Assembly (NCBI GenBank): GCA_041483895.1 | Contig: JBGPGO010000001.1 | Coordinates: 128,001-192,000 of the forward strand | Length of the DNA stretch: 64,000 nt | Direction of reading: 5' to 3' | Source of the DNA: Fimbriimonadia bacterium | GTDB taxonomy: Bacteria > Armatimonadota > Fimbriimonadia > Fimbriimonadales > JABRVX01 | Shown here: positions 19,349 through 30,152 of the stretch, in pieces | Position numbering within the stretch: position 1 is the stretch's first letter | Layout: every line of letters starts with the position of its first letter | The notes under the pieces: model-generated | Databases searched by the model: none | The model's input: only the letters and a program-made list of their open reading frames with translations | What the model was told of the DNA's origin: nothing | Position numbers and translations under genes: made by a program

Positions 19349-19696
19349 CTAATCGTCGACGCGAGAAAAATAGATGACCGTAACGTGGTGCTGCGGAGTG
19401 ATAACGTCGTCGTAGATGCGGGAAAGCAGCCCTATCACGTCGTCCTGGCTTCGGAACTCAGGATTTTCCCGCTCGATGTCCCTGGGCGAGAGCTCGGCGA
19501 TCGGTTTGACTTCGACCCGGTCGATGATGGCGGTGTACAGCTTCTGGCGGCGCCCGAACCGGCGCCCGACGGTGATCCACACAAGTTGCCCGGCCACATA
19601 CTTTTCGGCCTTGTCCCCCAGGCGGATGGAAACCGTCTTACGATTGTTTCGGAGAACGTCTCCGTAGATGTCGGAGTAAAAGTTTAGGGCGAACAT
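19349..19696 (-). CDS. ASCH/PUA-like domain protein
   Basis: ALNF...Y...L...RKTVSIRLG...VEVK....LS..D...E; GGAGG RBS. Confidence 0.75.
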   Translation of the reverse strand: MFALNFYSDIYGDVLRNNRKTVSIRLGDKAEKYVAGQLVWITVGRRFGRRQKLYTAIIDRVEVKPIAELSPRDIERENPEFRSQDDVIGLLSRIYDDVITPQHHVTVIYFSRVDD

Positions 19697-19820
19697 TTAG
19701 ACGGCAACCTCCATTTGGACAGCCAATTGTAACACCTGAAGGGACAAAGTTCAACTGCCTGGTCAACACTATTTCATCCGCTGCGAATAGGCAGATTCGG
19801 CGGGTGCTCGGGTTAATCCT

Positions 19821-19848
19821 TTGTGATTTGGAAGGAATTTGCCATAAT
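19821..19848 (+). promoter_or_regulatory. Possible sigma70-type promoter for the LuxR regulator
   Basis: TTGTGA-16 nt-CATAAT in an AT-rich intergenic region. Confidence 0.3.
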
Positions 19849-19919
19849 TAACATAGAAAAAAGTACTCACCTCTCAAAGGGTATGTACGGTGCAGATTTC
19901 GAAACGGAGATGACAATCT

Positions 19920-20540
19920 ATGGCAATCGAAACTCCCGCAGCCGTTGGAACGAAGATACGCATCGCCATTGTGGACTCGCAAACCATTTTCCGTGATGGT
20001 CTTGTGAGCTTGCTTTCGTCCCTGTCACAGGTTCAGCTTGTCGGAGCCTGCGAGGACGCGCGGCACGCCATTACCCTTTGCCGGGAAACCCGTCCCGACG
20101 TCCTGCTGCTCAGCGTCCAGGTTGCCGCCCGGCTGTCGCCGGGAGAGATGGGGGAATTCGGCCAAACAAAAGTAGTCTTGCTCGCCGATTCTACCGGGCC
20201 AATGGTCCTACGCGAACTTTCGCATTTGGCGGCCGGCGTCATCCGCCGGCAGGATACGACGGACCGCCTCCTGAAAACTCTTGCGATGGCCCTGAGCGGC
20301 GGATCCGGCGCCAGTGCCGCTCCGGTCGGGGCCCTCATCAGCCAACGGTCGCGGACAAACGGGCTGAGCGAAAGGGAGAGTGAAATCGCATCTTTGGTGG
20401 CACACGGCATGTCGAATCGGGAGATTGCGACCCAATTGAAGCTCAGCGAACAGAGCGTGAAGAACCTGGTGAGCCGGATACTGAAGAAGCTGGGTCTCAA
20501 CAATCGGGTACAGATCGCCATGAAATGCTGGGTGAACTAA
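19920..20540 (+). CDS. NarL/LuxR-family response regulator with atypical receiver
   Basis: Receiver IRIAIVD...PDVLLLS; HTH LSERESEIASLVAHGMSNREIA..L.LSEQSVKN. Confidence 0.88.
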   Translation: MAIETPAAVGTKIRIAIVDSQTIFRDGLVSLLSSLSQVQLVGACEDARHAITLCRETRPDVLLLSVQVAARLSPGEMGEFGQTKVVLLADSTGPMVLRELSHLAAGVIRRQDTTDRLLKTLAMALSGGSGASAAPVGALISQRSRTNGLSERESEIASLVAHGMSNREIATQLKLSEQSVKNLVSRILKKLGLNNRVQIAMKCWVN

Positions 20541-20575
20541 CTCCATCTCCGAGCGGACGCCGCGTTGTTACCGCT

Positions 20576-21208
20576 ATGATTGTTGCGCCACTGGTCATCG
20601 CCATCATCTGCCTGCCTACGTGGGTTCCGTTCGTGGCGTTGTTGGCCTTGGTGGGGGTGTTGGCGTGGTGGGAAGCCTTTCGTCTGCTAACGAGGTCCCC
20701 CGGGCCCGCGATCGTCCTCGCCACGATCTATGTCTTCGTTCCTCTCAGTTGCCTCGCCGCGCTTCGGATTATGGGTTCTGTCGCGGTGGGCGGTCGCTTT
20801 TCACTGTCTTCGGGGGCGATTGCGTTGCTGCAGATTCTGTTCACCACCTGGGCCGGGGATTCCGCCGCCTACTTCTTGGGCAGCGCGATCGGACGGCACA
20901 AGATTGCGCCAAACGTATCGCCAAACAAAAGCTGGGAGGGCGCGGCTGCGAATTTCGCGTTCTGCCTTCTCGTTTCGTGGGCCTACGGCGGTTGGGCCGG
21001 CGAGCCATCGTGGCTGGCCGTTTCCGTCGGCGCGGTGATAGGGGTGCTGGGCCAAGCGGGAGATCTCCTCGAGTCCTCTATCAAGCGGCGGGCCGGGGTG
21101 AAGGATTCCAGCTCAATACTGCCGGGCCATGGTGGGGTCCTGGACCGGATTGACAGCATCCTGCTGGCCGCGCCGTTCGTTTTCCTGTTGTTCCGACTCG
21201 CGAGTTAG
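20576..21208 (+). CDS. cdsA: Phosphatidate cytidylyltransferase
   Basis: WAGDSAAY..G..IGRHK..P.VSPNKSWEG, GDLLES.IKR..GVKDS...PGHGGVLDRIDS; start uncertain. Confidence 0.9.
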   Translation: MIVAPLVIAIICLPTWVPFVALLALVGVLAWWEAFRLLTRSPGPAIVLATIYVFVPLSCLAALRIMGSVAVGGRFSLSSGAIALLQILFTTWAGDSAAYFLGSAIGRHKIAPNVSPNKSWEGAAANFAFCLLVSWAYGGWAGEPSWLAVSVGAVIGVLGQAGDLLESSIKRRAGVKDSSSILPGHGGVLDRIDSILLAAPFVFLLFRLAS

Positions 21209-22875
21209 CCTCCGACGCCAAGGATTTTCACAGTCGCCTGATCGATTGTTCCAGCGCGGACGATGCCTTTGACCGCCACGACATCGCCTACCTGCCAATG
21301 GAGAAACTTGTCCGGATCTTTCTCCTCAACCGGGATTTGCCGACCGCCGATCGACTCCTCGACCACAAGCGGATTGACGGAAATCACAGAAAGGTTTTTC
21401 ATAACGATGGTGTCTCCGTCCTGTGCCGTAGCGAATCTGAGTGTCAGATCACCGCGGATCGAGTTCGCCGTTGTCGCGCTGCCGCGCAGAACCAGCACAC
21501 CGTGGATATCTCCGGGATCGACGTCAAGCGTCCCCGCCGTCCGACCTGGGGAATAGTCGACTGGCAACCGCACGCGATATGTTCCCGGCGTAACATCGAG
21601 GAAGGCATAAAACCCTGTGCCGTCCGTGGTTGTGCATGCCATCTCCTCGCCGTGATCGTCCACCAACCAGACCGTTAGTTCTTCAACCCATTGCAAATCC
21701 TGACTTAGAACGGTGCCAAAGACACTCCCATTCTTCGGCTGCACTTTCCACGGCAGTTGCGGCGGAAAGGGCGTGCGATCGATCGCGCCAAGACGGTCGT
21801 AGAAAGAATCCTCGAACTCTTTTATCCCGCTTCCGTCGTCGCTGGTGCTGGCGTAGGAGAACAGATTGAATCCGAGCGGGAAGCTGTTCCCTGCCCTCTC
21901 AATCTGGCTCATCGTATCGTCCTGGGTGTTCAGATAGCAGCCGAGGCCGGGGACCAGCTCGCGTTTGCCCTGCCGGTCTTTGGCCCACGCCAGCCATTCG
22001 TCCAGATACCACGGCAGCTTTTTGTCGCTCGCGTACCACATCGGGATGCCTAGGTCCAGAATGCCTTCGTTGAGCCACGCCTGCCAGTCCTGAAAGACGC
22101 GCGAATAGGCCGCCGACTGGGTCCAATCGTCCGGCGGATGGCCCCACGGAATCAGGGCGGCGGTCACCATCGTTTCCCACTTGAGTGACGCGGTAGTGGC
22201 GTAGATTTTTCGCACCAAAGCGGTCACCTGGTCGCGCCGCCATTGGGTCCATTGCTGGTCGGTGGGATCCGGCTGCCCTGTCTTGCCGTAGCGAGCATTG
22301 AACCGCCGGACGCTCTCTTCGTTGTAGCCCCAATCCGGGCCGACAAATCGAATGAAATCCAGGTGCAGGCCATCCACCGGATAGTTGCGCGCGACCTCCA
22401 TATAGGTGCGCCACAGATAGTCGGCTGCCCCAGGATTGCCGAAATCCAGTCCCCGTCCGACCTCCCCGGCGATCTCCCCCTTGGCGTTTTTTGTTATCCA
22501 ATCGGGATGGACGCGGACGACGTGGTCCGGTTGGGGCGGGTCGCTGCTGGCAGGCCAAAGCGGATGAGCGTTCATCCAGGCGTGGACCTGGATGCCGGTC
22601 CCTTTCGCCTTTTGCAAGATGTAGGCAAGCGCGTCGAAACCAGGGTCTTTATCGTGCGCGGGCGGATCGATGGCGCTCGTGTGATAGGCGGCGGCCCGCG
22701 CCCGCATCTGGACGAACAGGGCGTTGATCTTCGCCTTCTTCGCCCGCTCGAAAAGCTGATCCACCTCTTGCGGCGACTTGAAACCCGGATGAAACGCATC
22801 CACCCACAAGCCGCGATAGGTTTGGGCATGGAGGCTTGCGACAAGAAACGTTGACAACAAGAGAAGCTTTTTCAT
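21205..22875 (-). CDS. GHL10 (YddW/DigH-like) glycoside hydrolase with C-terminal carboxypeptidase-regulatory-like domain
   Basis: Signal peptide, RGLWV, NALFVQMR, IQVHAWMN, YPVDGLHLDFIRF, WRRDQVT, QDW..WL..G.LD; C-terminal TTDGTGFYAF...PGTY. Confidence 0.85.
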   Translation of the reverse strand: MKKLLLLSTFLVASLHAQTYRGLWVDAFHPGFKSPQEVDQLFERAKKAKINALFVQMRARAAAYHTSAIDPPAHDKDPGFDALAYILQKAKGTGIQVHAWMNAHPLWPASSDPPQPDHVVRVHPDWITKNAKGEIAGEVGRGLDFGNPGAADYLWRTYMEVARNYPVDGLHLDFIRFVGPDWGYNEESVRRFNARYGKTGQPDPTDQQWTQWRRDQVTALVRKIYATTASLKWETMVTAALIPWGHPPDDWTQSAAYSRVFQDWQAWLNEGILDLGIPMWYASDKKLPWYLDEWLAWAKDRQGKRELVPGLGCYLNTQDDTMSQIERAGNSFPLGFNLFSYASTSDDGSGIKEFEDSFYDRLGAIDRTPFPPQLPWKVQPKNGSVFGTVLSQDLQWVEELTVWLVDDHGEEMACTTTDGTGFYAFLDVTPGTYRVRLPVDYSPGRTAGTLDVDPGDIHGVLVLRGSATTANSIRGDLTLRFATAQDGDTIVMKNLSVISVNPLVVEESIGGRQIPVEEKDPDKFLHWQVGDVVAVKGIVRAGTIDQATVKILGVGG

Positions 22876-22918
22876 GAAAACGGTTGAGCTATTGTAGCCA
22901 GTATAATAGAATGTAGGC

Positions 22919-23794
22919 ATGAGACCTCTCATTGTCGGCGTACTTGTGTGTGCCGCTGGCGCTGTTCCCGCCGACCACGTCACGACACACATCGAATGGG
23001 GTGGGTGGGCTGTAGGATCGACGGAAGAGATGTGGCGAGTGCGGGAAAACTATAGCTATCCGCTGACCAATCTGCTCGACAACGATCCAAAGACTGCTTG
23101 GATCTTCCGCGGAACCACGAAGCGATACGGAGCCGGCCCATTTTGGCAAAAGCGATATGGCATCATCGTGAAGTTTCCGAAAGTGATGCCGATTGACGGG
23201 ATCCGATTGATGAACGGATATAACAAAGATCCGGAAACATTCCGTCGTAACAACCGTGCCATCGAAATCCAAGTAGGGACCTACTTTGAAAGGGCCTTTG
23301 CCAAGTTTCAGCTTCCAGACAAAATGGGCTGGCACACGATAAGATTTAAGGCCCGAAAACTTGGAGACATAGCAGTCTACTTAACAAAATTTGCTCGCGG
23401 GCGCGACAACGATGTCTGCATTTCCGGCCTGGAAATCCTCTCAAACGGCAAAACCCTTCGGATGCATCCTGGCGCCGCGCTCGTTTTCAGCCCAGGGGAC
23501 GAATGCGGGTGAGGAACCTGTTATCGGGTGATCAACCCGAAAGGCCAGGTCTTGGCCACAATGAACAATACGGAGCGATGGCCCGAATTCAGTGCGGATG
23601 GGAGATACGTCGCGGGTTGGACTCCGCTGAAAAAAGGAATTCGGACTTGGGTATTTCACACCTTAAGCGGGCGCCAGATTTTGACCAGCTACATCAAAGC
23701 AAAGTACTTGATCGGTGCCGGATTCAAACGCGGGAAAGTGACCTACACCTCCGAGAACGGTCAAGACTATGTCTACCGGTTGCCGTGGCCCTGA
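22919..23794 (+). CDS. Secreted discoidin/NADase-type glycan-binding domain protein with in-frame TGA at 23510-23512 (selenocysteine or nonsense mutation)
   Basis: Signal peptide, Y...NLLDNDPKTAW, IRLMNGY.K...F..NNR, DVCIS; ORFs 22919-23512 and 23528-23794 are in the same frame, separated only by the TGA. Confidence 0.6.
23513..23550 (+). promoter_or_regulatory. Candidate bacterial SECIS element
   Basis: TGA + 11 nt + TCGGGT-GATCA-ACCCGA (23524-23540), loop starting with G; lower stem ACCTG/CAGGT. Confidence 0.4.
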
Positions 23795-23961
23795 TGGTCC
23801 CAAAGAGAATTGCTCCTTGTGCCCTGAAGGCTTACTGTCCCGCAGTGACAGAACGCCGCCCTCCAGGCAAATCGGCCCCCGTATGACCAAAACCGCGCGT
23901 TCCAGACGTATTTATCTCTAGTCGATCTGCCCAAAATCTAACTATGGGCTGCAGGTTTGCG

Positions 23962-24091
23962 CCCTTCACAGTACGACTGTGAAGGGATAATCTCGCCGGG
24001 CCGGATTGGTATCAAAGGTTGCCGCCCTTCACAATAGGGATTGTGAAGGGAGAATGAACGGTTTCGGTCCTTCACAGTGCGACTGTGAAGG
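23962..24091. repeat. Second cluster of three CCCTTCACA...TGTGAAGGG palindromes, upstream of dxs
   Basis: Copies at 23962-23986, 24025-24050 and 24069-24091. Confidence 0.85.
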
Positions 24092-24142
24092 GATAAAGCC
24101 TATCGGGGTAGACTCCCCACTGCGACGGAAGAGAGGTGGCGG

Positions 24143-26062
24143 TTGGAACGCCTTCTAGAGGGTATTCGGGGTCCCGCGGACCTCAAACAGCTCAATCGGG
24201 ACGAGCTCAAACAGCTCGCGTCGGAGGTCCGGCAGGCCCTCATCGACAACATCTCCCAGACCGGCGGGCACTTCTCCAGCAACCTCGGCACGGTCGAGTT
24301 GACGGTCGCCATGTACGCCACGTACGATTTTCCCCCGGACAAGTTCATTTGGGACGTTGGCCACCAGGCCTACCCGCACAAAATGCTGACCGGCCGCCTT
24401 AAGCAGTTCCCCGGCCTGCGGCAATATGGCGGCATCAGCGGCTTTTTGCGGCGCGAAGAAAGCCCCTATGATCTGTTCGGCGCGGGCCATGCGGGCACGG
24501 CCATCTCCGCCGCCCTTGGGTTTGCCGTCGCACGTGACAGGCTTGGAACCAAGGAGCGGGTCGTCGCGATTGCCGGCGACGCCGCCCTCACCGCCGGGCT
24601 GTCGTTTGAGGCTTTGAACAACGCCGCCGAACTCAAGACCGACATCACCGTCGTACTGAACGACAATAAAATGAGCATCGCGGAGAACGTCGGCGCGCTT
24701 TGCACCCACCTCGCCCGCCTTCGCTCCCGGACGTGGTTCCAGGACCTGGAGGACCGCGCGAAGGCCGCCATCGAGCGGCTGGGCCAGCCCATCGCTCGTG
24801 CCGCCGCCGGTATTCATCATGCCGTCACCCACTATGTCGCGCCGGAATATACGGGCGCAATTTTCGAGGAGATGGGGTTTCAGTACATCGGCCCCATCGA
24901 CGGGCATGATATGGACGTGCTGCTCGATATTTTCGAACACGCCAAGAACCTGAAAGGCCCAATATTTATTCACGCGCTGACCGTGAAGGGCAAGGGATAT
25001 GACTTTGCCGAAGACGATTCCCGCAAGTGGCACGGGGTCACCAAGTTCGAAGCCGGCGACGGCAAACTTGAGAAAGGCTCCGGCGGGGAGAGCTACACGT
25101 CGGCATTCGGCGATGAGATGATCAAGCAGGCCAAGCGGGACCCGAAGGTGGTCGCCATTACGGCGGCAATGCCCGATGGCACCGGCCTGACCAAGTTCTC
25201 AAAGGAACTGCCCGATCGCTACTTCGATGTCGCCATCGCGGAGCAGCACGCGGTCTGCTGGGCGGCGGGGCTGGCGGCGGGCGGCCTGAAGCCGATCTGC
25301 GCCATCTATTCCACTTTTTTGCAGCGCGCCTTCGACCAGCTTGTCCACGATGTCTGCCTGCAAAACCTGCCCGTCCGGTTCATGATGGACCGGGGCGGTT
25401 TGGTGGGCGCGGACGGACACACCCATCACGGTATGTTCGACCTATCCTATCTGGGTCTGCTCCCGAATATGGTGGTGATGGCCCCGCGCGATATCGCCGA
25501 ACTGCGCATGATGATTGAGTGTTCTGTGGACTATGACGAACATCCCATCGCCTGCCGCTATCCGCGCGGAGGGGATCCGGATGTTGGCATGCCCACGGAG
25601 CATGCGCCGATTGAGGTTGGAAGGGCCGAGGTTCTTCAGGACGGAACGGATATCACGCTCATTGGTCTTGGGACCACGGTCGCGACGGTATGGCAGGCCG
25701 CCCAACAGCTCGCCGATCGCGAAGTCTCGGCTGCCGTCATCAACGCCCGCTTCGCAAAGCCAATCGACGAGGAGACCATCCTTCGCTATGCCAAGAAGAC
25801 CGGGCGACTCGTTGTCGTTGAGGAAAACGTCTGCAGGGGCGGTTTTGGAGAGACGATCAAGACGGCTTTGGCGAATGCGGAACTAGCGCCGCACATTCGC
25901 CACCTGAGCCTTCCGGATCGGTACATCACGCACGGGTCTCAGTCGGAGCTGCTCAAAGAGGTGGGCCTCACCGTCGCCGATGTGGTCAAAGCGGCGTCCG
26001 AGCTTCTGTTCGGGCAGGCCGCCGCGCCGGTCGAGGTCAAAGAGGCGGCAAAGGTCCGGTAG
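24143..26062 (+). CDS. dxs: 1-deoxy-D-xylulose-5-phosphate synthase
   Basis: GGHFSSNLGTVEL, WDVGHQAYPHK.LTGR, GDAALTAG..FEALNN, YIGPIDGH, AIAEQH, YSTFLQRAFDQ, DGHTH. Confidence 0.97.
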   Translation: MERLLEGIRGPADLKQLNRDELKQLASEVRQALIDNISQTGGHFSSNLGTVELTVAMYATYDFPPDKFIWDVGHQAYPHKMLTGRLKQFPGLRQYGGISGFLRREESPYDLFGAGHAGTAISAALGFAVARDRLGTKERVVAIAGDAALTAGLSFEALNNAAELKTDITVVLNDNKMSIAENVGALCTHLARLRSRTWFQDLEDRAKAAIERLGQPIARAAAGIHHAVTHYVAPEYTGAIFEEMGFQYIGPIDGHDMDVLLDIFEHAKNLKGPIFIHALTVKGKGYDFAEDDSRKWHGVTKFEAGDGKLEKGSGGESYTSAFGDEMIKQAKRDPKVVAITAAMPDGTGLTKFSKELPDRYFDVAIAEQHAVCWAAGLAAGGLKPICAIYSTFLQRAFDQLVHDVCLQNLPVRFMMDRGGLVGADGHTHHGMFDLSYLGLLPNMVVMAPRDIAELRMMIECSVDYDEHPIACRYPRGGDPDVGMPTEHAPIEVGRAEVLQDGTDITLIGLGTTVATVWQAAQQLADREVSAAVINARFAKPIDEETILRYAKKTGRLVVVEENVCRGGFGETIKTALANAELAPHIRHLSLPDRYITHGSQSELLKEVGLTVADVVKAASELLFGQAAAPVEVKEAAKVR

Positions 26063-26066
26063 CGCG

Positions 26067-26435
26067 ATGGCCGAGGTCGTCCTGATCTACGACGACAAGT
26101 GCGGCCTGTGCAGAGGCTCCGTCGAGCGAATTCGCCGTTCCAGCAGCACGGATGCCTTCGAGTTCTTGCCGTGCGAATCAGCGGAGCGGGAACGGAGGTT
26201 CCCTCATATCCCTACCGAGCAGTGCCTGCAAGCCATGCAGCTCGTTCTCCCTTCGGGTCAGGTCCTTGCGGGTGTTGACGCCGGGCCAGAGATCATGAAA
26301 CGCATGCGCCGCTATCGTTGGCTCGGGCCGTTGCTGGGCATTCCCCTGGTTCGGTACGCGCTCCGTCCTGTCTATCGATTTGTCGCCGACCATCGCTTGC
26401 GATGCGACGACGACACATGTCGGGCACGTCCCTAA
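26067..26435 (+). CDS. DUF393/DCC1-like thiol-disulfide oxidoreductase
   Basis: LIYDDKCGLC motif and Y.FVADHR end. Confidence 0.85.
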   Translation: MAEVVLIYDDKCGLCRGSVERIRRSSSTDAFEFLPCESAERERRFPHIPTEQCLQAMQLVLPSGQVLAGVDAGPEIMKRMRRYRWLGPLLGIPLVRYALRPVYRFVADHRLRCDDDTCRARP

Positions 26436-26448
26436 CAAACACAGTTTG

Positions 26449-26470
26449 CTAATCAATTCCTAACAATCCC
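26449..26470 (+). promoter_or_regulatory. Possible PHO-box-like 11-bp direct repeat upstream of pstS
   Basis: CTAATCAATTC-CTAACAATCCC with 11-bp period. Confidence 0.3.
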
Positions 26471-26522
26471 GAATTAGACTGGCATTGGAAAACAACTGAG
26501 CAAAAAGGAAGGTACGTGCAAG

Positions 26523-27536
26523 ATGTCCATGACGAAGAGACTTGCGGGAATAGTTGGCGTTGCGCTGCCGGCGGCGATCGCGATGTCCGGGTGCGGCGGC
26601 GATAAGGCCAACCCAAACGGGGGCCAGGCCACTTCGATCGAGGTCAAGATCGACGGCTCCAGCACCGTCGCGCCGATTTCCCAAGCGATGGCCGAAGAGT
26701 TCCAGAATGAAAACAAGGAAATTCATGTGACAGTCGCTATCTCCGGCACCGGCGGCGGGTTCAAGAAATTTGTGATTGGCGAAACTGACATCAGCGATGC
26801 CTCTCGGCCAATCAAGCAAGAAGAGCAGGACACGGCGAAGTCTAATGGAATTGAATTCATTGAGCTGCCGGTCGGGTACGACGGCCTCTCCGTTGTTGTA
26901 AATCCTCAAAACGATTGGGTGGATCACTTGACGATTGATGAGCTGAAGAAGATGTGGTCCAGCACCAGCACCGTCAAGAACTGGAGCGACGTTCGACCGA
27001 ACTGGCCCAACCGGCCGATCAAGTTTTACAGCCCGACGACAAACAACGGCACCTTCGACTACTTCACAGAAGCCGTCAATGGCAAGGAGAAGGACCAGCG
27101 CCAGGATGTCAGCATGAGCCAGCCAACTACGATGGTCCGCGGCATCGCCGGCGATAAGGACGCGATCGGCTACTTCGGCTATGCCTACTATGCAAACAAC
27201 AAGAGCCAGCTCAAAATCGTCCCGGTTGACAGTGGAACCGGTCCCCAGATTCCGACGGAAGACGGCATCCGCACCGGCACCTACAAGCCTCTGTCCAGGC
27301 CTCTCTTCATCTACGTGAACAAGAAGTCGGTTGCGAAACCGGAGGTCAAGAAGTTTGTGGACTACTACCTGGCGAACGCGGCGAAGATCGTTCCTTCTAC
27401 TTTCTATGTTGCGCTGCCGGATAACGCGTACGAGATGGTGACGAAGCGGTGGACCGAAATGACGACGGGTACTATGTTCCACGGTACGGAAGTAGGTATC
27501 ACGGTCGAGGAGCTATTGTCGAGGGAAGCGAAGTAG
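26523..27536 (+). CDS. pstS: Phosphate ABC transporter substrate-binding lipoprotein
   Basis: Lipobox [44 protein letters not shown]. Confidence 0.95.
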   Translation: MSMTKRLAGIVGVALPAAIAMSGCGGDKANPNGGQATSIEVKIDGSSTVAPISQAMAEEFQNENKEIHVTVAISGTGGGFKKFVIGETDISDASRPIKQEEQDTAKSNGIEFIELPVGYDGLSVVVNPQNDWVDHLTIDELKKMWSSTSTVKNWSDVRPNWPNRPIKFYSPTTNNGTFDYFTEAVNGKEKDQRQDVSMSQPTTMVRGIAGDKDAIGYFGYAYYANNKSQLKIVPVDSGTGPQIPTEDGIRTGTYKPLSRPLFIYVNKKSVAKPEVKKFVDYYLANAAKIVPSTFYVALPDNAYEMVTKRWTEMTTGTMFHGTEVGITVEELLSREAK

Positions 27537-27540
27537 AGAT

Positions 27541-28467
27541 TTGAGCGCCGTCGCAGGACATTCTTCGCAGACGCCGTCCTTGTCGCAGAGAAAACTGCGT
27601 TGGGGGGAATGGCTCCTTCAAAAGGGAATCTTCCTCGCCGCGCTGGTTTCTGTTGTGACAACGGCGGGGATTGTCTACGTGCTTGTCACGGAAGCGGCGA
27701 CCTTCTTTCAGCATTACTCACTGTTTCGCTTTCTATTCGGAACAAAATGGTCGTCGCTTGCTCCGCCCAGCTACGGAGTTCTGCCCCTGCTATGTGGGAC
27801 GCTGCTGGTGACCGTCGGGGCCGCCATCGTCGCGATTCCCATCGGGTTGGGCAGCGCCATCTTCATGAGCGAATACGCGACGCCGCGGATACGCTCGATA
27901 GTCAAACCGGTATTGGAGGTTTTGGCAGGCATCCCGAGCATCGTGTACGGCTTCTTTGCGCTAACCAGCGTAACGCCGCTCTTGAAGCACTTCCTGCCAC
28001 AGACGCAGACGTTCAACGCCGCTAGCGCTGCGATTGTGGTCGGAATCATGGTGTTGCCTATGGTGGCGTCCTTGTGCGACGACGCGTTGCGCGCGGTCCC
28101 CAATTCCTTGCGCTATGCCGGGCTTGCGCTTGGGGCGACCAAGTTTGAAGTTTCCGCGAAAGTCGTCGTGCCGGCGGCTCTTTCCGGAATCTTCGCATCG
28201 TTCGTGCTAGCTATCTCCCGCGCGATTGGAGAGACGATGGCGGTGGCGCTTGCCGCGGGGGCGACCCCGAAATTGACACTAAACCCACTGGAAAGCATTC
28301 AAACGATGACGGCCTATATCGTCCAGGCCGCAAACGGGGAAGCGGTGCAGGGTTCCATAGAATATCGGACTATTTTCGCGGTAGGGCTGCTGCTGTTCGT
28401 CTTCACGTTTGGCCTCAATGTGCTGTCGCACCGAGTCCTCCGGAAATACCGCGAGGTCTACGAATGA
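27541..28467 (+). CDS. pstC: Phosphate ABC transporter permease
   Basis: [31 protein letters not shown]. Confidence 0.95.
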   Translation: MSAVAGHSSQTPSLSQRKLRWGEWLLQKGIFLAALVSVVTTAGIVYVLVTEAATFFQHYSLFRFLFGTKWSSLAPPSYGVLPLLCGTLLVTVGAAIVAIPIGLGSAIFMSEYATPRIRSIVKPVLEVLAGIPSIVYGFFALTSVTPLLKHFLPQTQTFNAASAAIVVGIMVLPMVASLCDDALRAVPNSLRYAGLALGATKFEVSAKVVVPAALSGIFASFVLAISRAIGETMAVALAAGATPKLTLNPLESIQTMTAYIVQAANGEAVQGSIEYRTIFAVGLLLFVFTFGLNVLSHRVLRKYREVYE

Positions 28468-29336
28468 GCGTGCTGCAAACCAGTCCAGGCGTGAATCGGC
28501 GGCGAATCGCGAACCGGATATTCGCGCTGCTATGCATGATGTCTGTCCTGTTCGGTATCGTGCTGCTGTTTTTGATCCTCAAAGAGGTCTGGGATCAGGG
28601 CGCATCAAGCATCTCACACCGTTTTTTCACCGAGCCACCGTCGCGATTTCCGGAAAAGGCGGGTGTGCAGTCCGCCCTGTGGGGATCGGTATGGATCGTC
28701 GGCCTGGTCGCCCTGATATCGCTCCCGGTCGGGGTTGCGGCAGCGGTCTACCTGGAGGAGTATTCCCGAAAGGGCCGCCTCAGCACGTTCATCGAGTTGA
28801 ACATTTCCAATCTTGCCGGCGTGCCTTCCATTGTGTTTGGAATTCTAGGAATGGTGGTGTTCGTGCGGGTATTGGCGCTGGGTCAGAGCGTCCTCGCCGG
28901 CGCGATGACCATGAGCCTCTTGGTTCTCCCAACGGTCATCATCGCAGCCCGCGAAGCGATACGCGCCGTCCCATCATCCATGCGCCACGCCGCGCTCGCC
29001 TTAGGCGCGACCAAATGGCAGACGGTCGCGTCTCATGTGCTTCCGACGGCGCTGCCGGGGATATTGACCGGCGTCATTCTCTCGCTGTCTCGGGCGATCG
29101 GAGAGACGGCTCCCCTGCTGATGGTCGGAGCGGCCGGCTACATCGCTTTCCCGCCCTCCGGTCCGTTGAGCTCATTCACAGTTCTTCCCATTCAGATCTT
29201 CTTTTGGGCCGATCTGCCGAACCCGGGCTATCGCGGACCGGCTGCGGCGGCGATTCTCGTGCTTTTGGCGGTACTTTTGACCATGAATGCCGCAGCGGTG
29301 ATCATTCGGCAGCGCTTCCAGAGGTACAAACCATGA
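28464..29336 (+). CDS. pstA: Phosphate ABC transporter permease
   Basis: [35 protein letters not shown]. Confidence 0.95.
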   Translation: MSVLQTSPGVNRRRIANRIFALLCMMSVLFGIVLLFLILKEVWDQGASSISHRFFTEPPSRFPEKAGVQSALWGSVWIVGLVALISLPVGVAAAVYLEEYSRKGRLSTFIELNISNLAGVPSIVFGILGMVVFVRVLALGQSVLAGAMTMSLLVLPTVIIAAREAIRAVPSSMRHAALALGATKWQTVASHVLPTALPGILTGVILSLSRAIGETAPLLMVGAAGYIAFPPSGPLSSFTVLPIQIFFWADLPNPGYRGPAAAAILVLLAVLLTMNAAAVIIRQRFQRYKP

Positions 29337-30151
29337 CCGATGTTACCGAGGCTCTCAACGTGACTTATTCCGCGGCGGCACCCACACCGGCTGCGCAAGA
29401 ATCAAGGCCGATCTTGGAAACAAGAGGCTTGACTGTGCGCTATGGAGCATCGGCGGCGGTCAAGAATGTTGCCGTCAAGATCGGCGAGCGCCATATCACG
29501 GCCATCATCGGCCCTTCGGGATGTGGCAAGAGCACCTTAATTCGTGTGTTCAATCGCATGAACGACGTGATTCCGAACGTTCACACGGAGGGGCAGGTGC
29601 TGTACCGCGACCAGGACCTGTACGCGCCCAACGTCGATCCGGTGGAGGTACGGCGTCGGATTGGCATGGTGTTCCAAAAGCCGAATCCGTTTCCAAAATC
29701 GATCTTCGAAAACGTCGCTTGGGGGCCCCGCATAAATGGGTGGAAGGGCAACGTCAAAGAAATGGTGGAGACCTCGTTGCGCAAGGCCGCCCTTTGGAAC
29801 GAGGTGAAAGACAAGCTGAGCGACAATGGCCTGCAGCTTTCCGGCGGCCAGCAGCAGCGGCTATGCATCGCCCGCGCCATCGCCCTGGAACCGGAAGTGA
29901 TTCTGATGGACGAGCCCTGCTCGGCGCTCGATCCCGTGGCAACAGGTAAGATTGAAGAGTTAATATTGGAATTGAAAGAACGTTACACGATAGTTATCGT
30001 TACTCATAATATGCAGCAGGCCGCACGGGTATCGGATTTTACGGCCTTTATGTGTATGGGAGACCTAATCGAATTCGGTCCGACAACGCAGCTATTCACG
30101 AAGCCGGTGCAGAAATCGACCGAAGATTACATAACAGGCCGGTTCGGTTAG
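29333..30151 (+). CDS. pstB: Phosphate ABC transporter ATPase
   Basis: [54 protein letters not shown] overlap with pstA (the upstream extension in the ORF track is spurious). Confidence 0.96.
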   Translation: MTDVTEALNVTYSAAAPTPAAQESRPILETRGLTVRYGASAAVKNVAVKIGERHITAIIGPSGCGKSTLIRVFNRMNDVIPNVHTEGQVLYRDQDLYAPNVDPVEVRRRIGMVFQKPNPFPKSIFENVAWGPRINGWKGNVKEMVETSLRKAALWNEVKDKLSDNGLQLSGGQQQRLCIARAIALEPEVILMDEPCSALDPVATGKIEELILELKERYTIVIVTHNMQQAARVSDFTAFMCMGDLIEFGPTTQLFTKPVQKSTEDYITGRFG

Positions 30152-30152
30152 A

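Noticed and set aside
28409..29332. 580-aa extended PstB
   Set aside because: The extension overlaps pstA out of frame; the ATG at 29333 gives a normal PstB.
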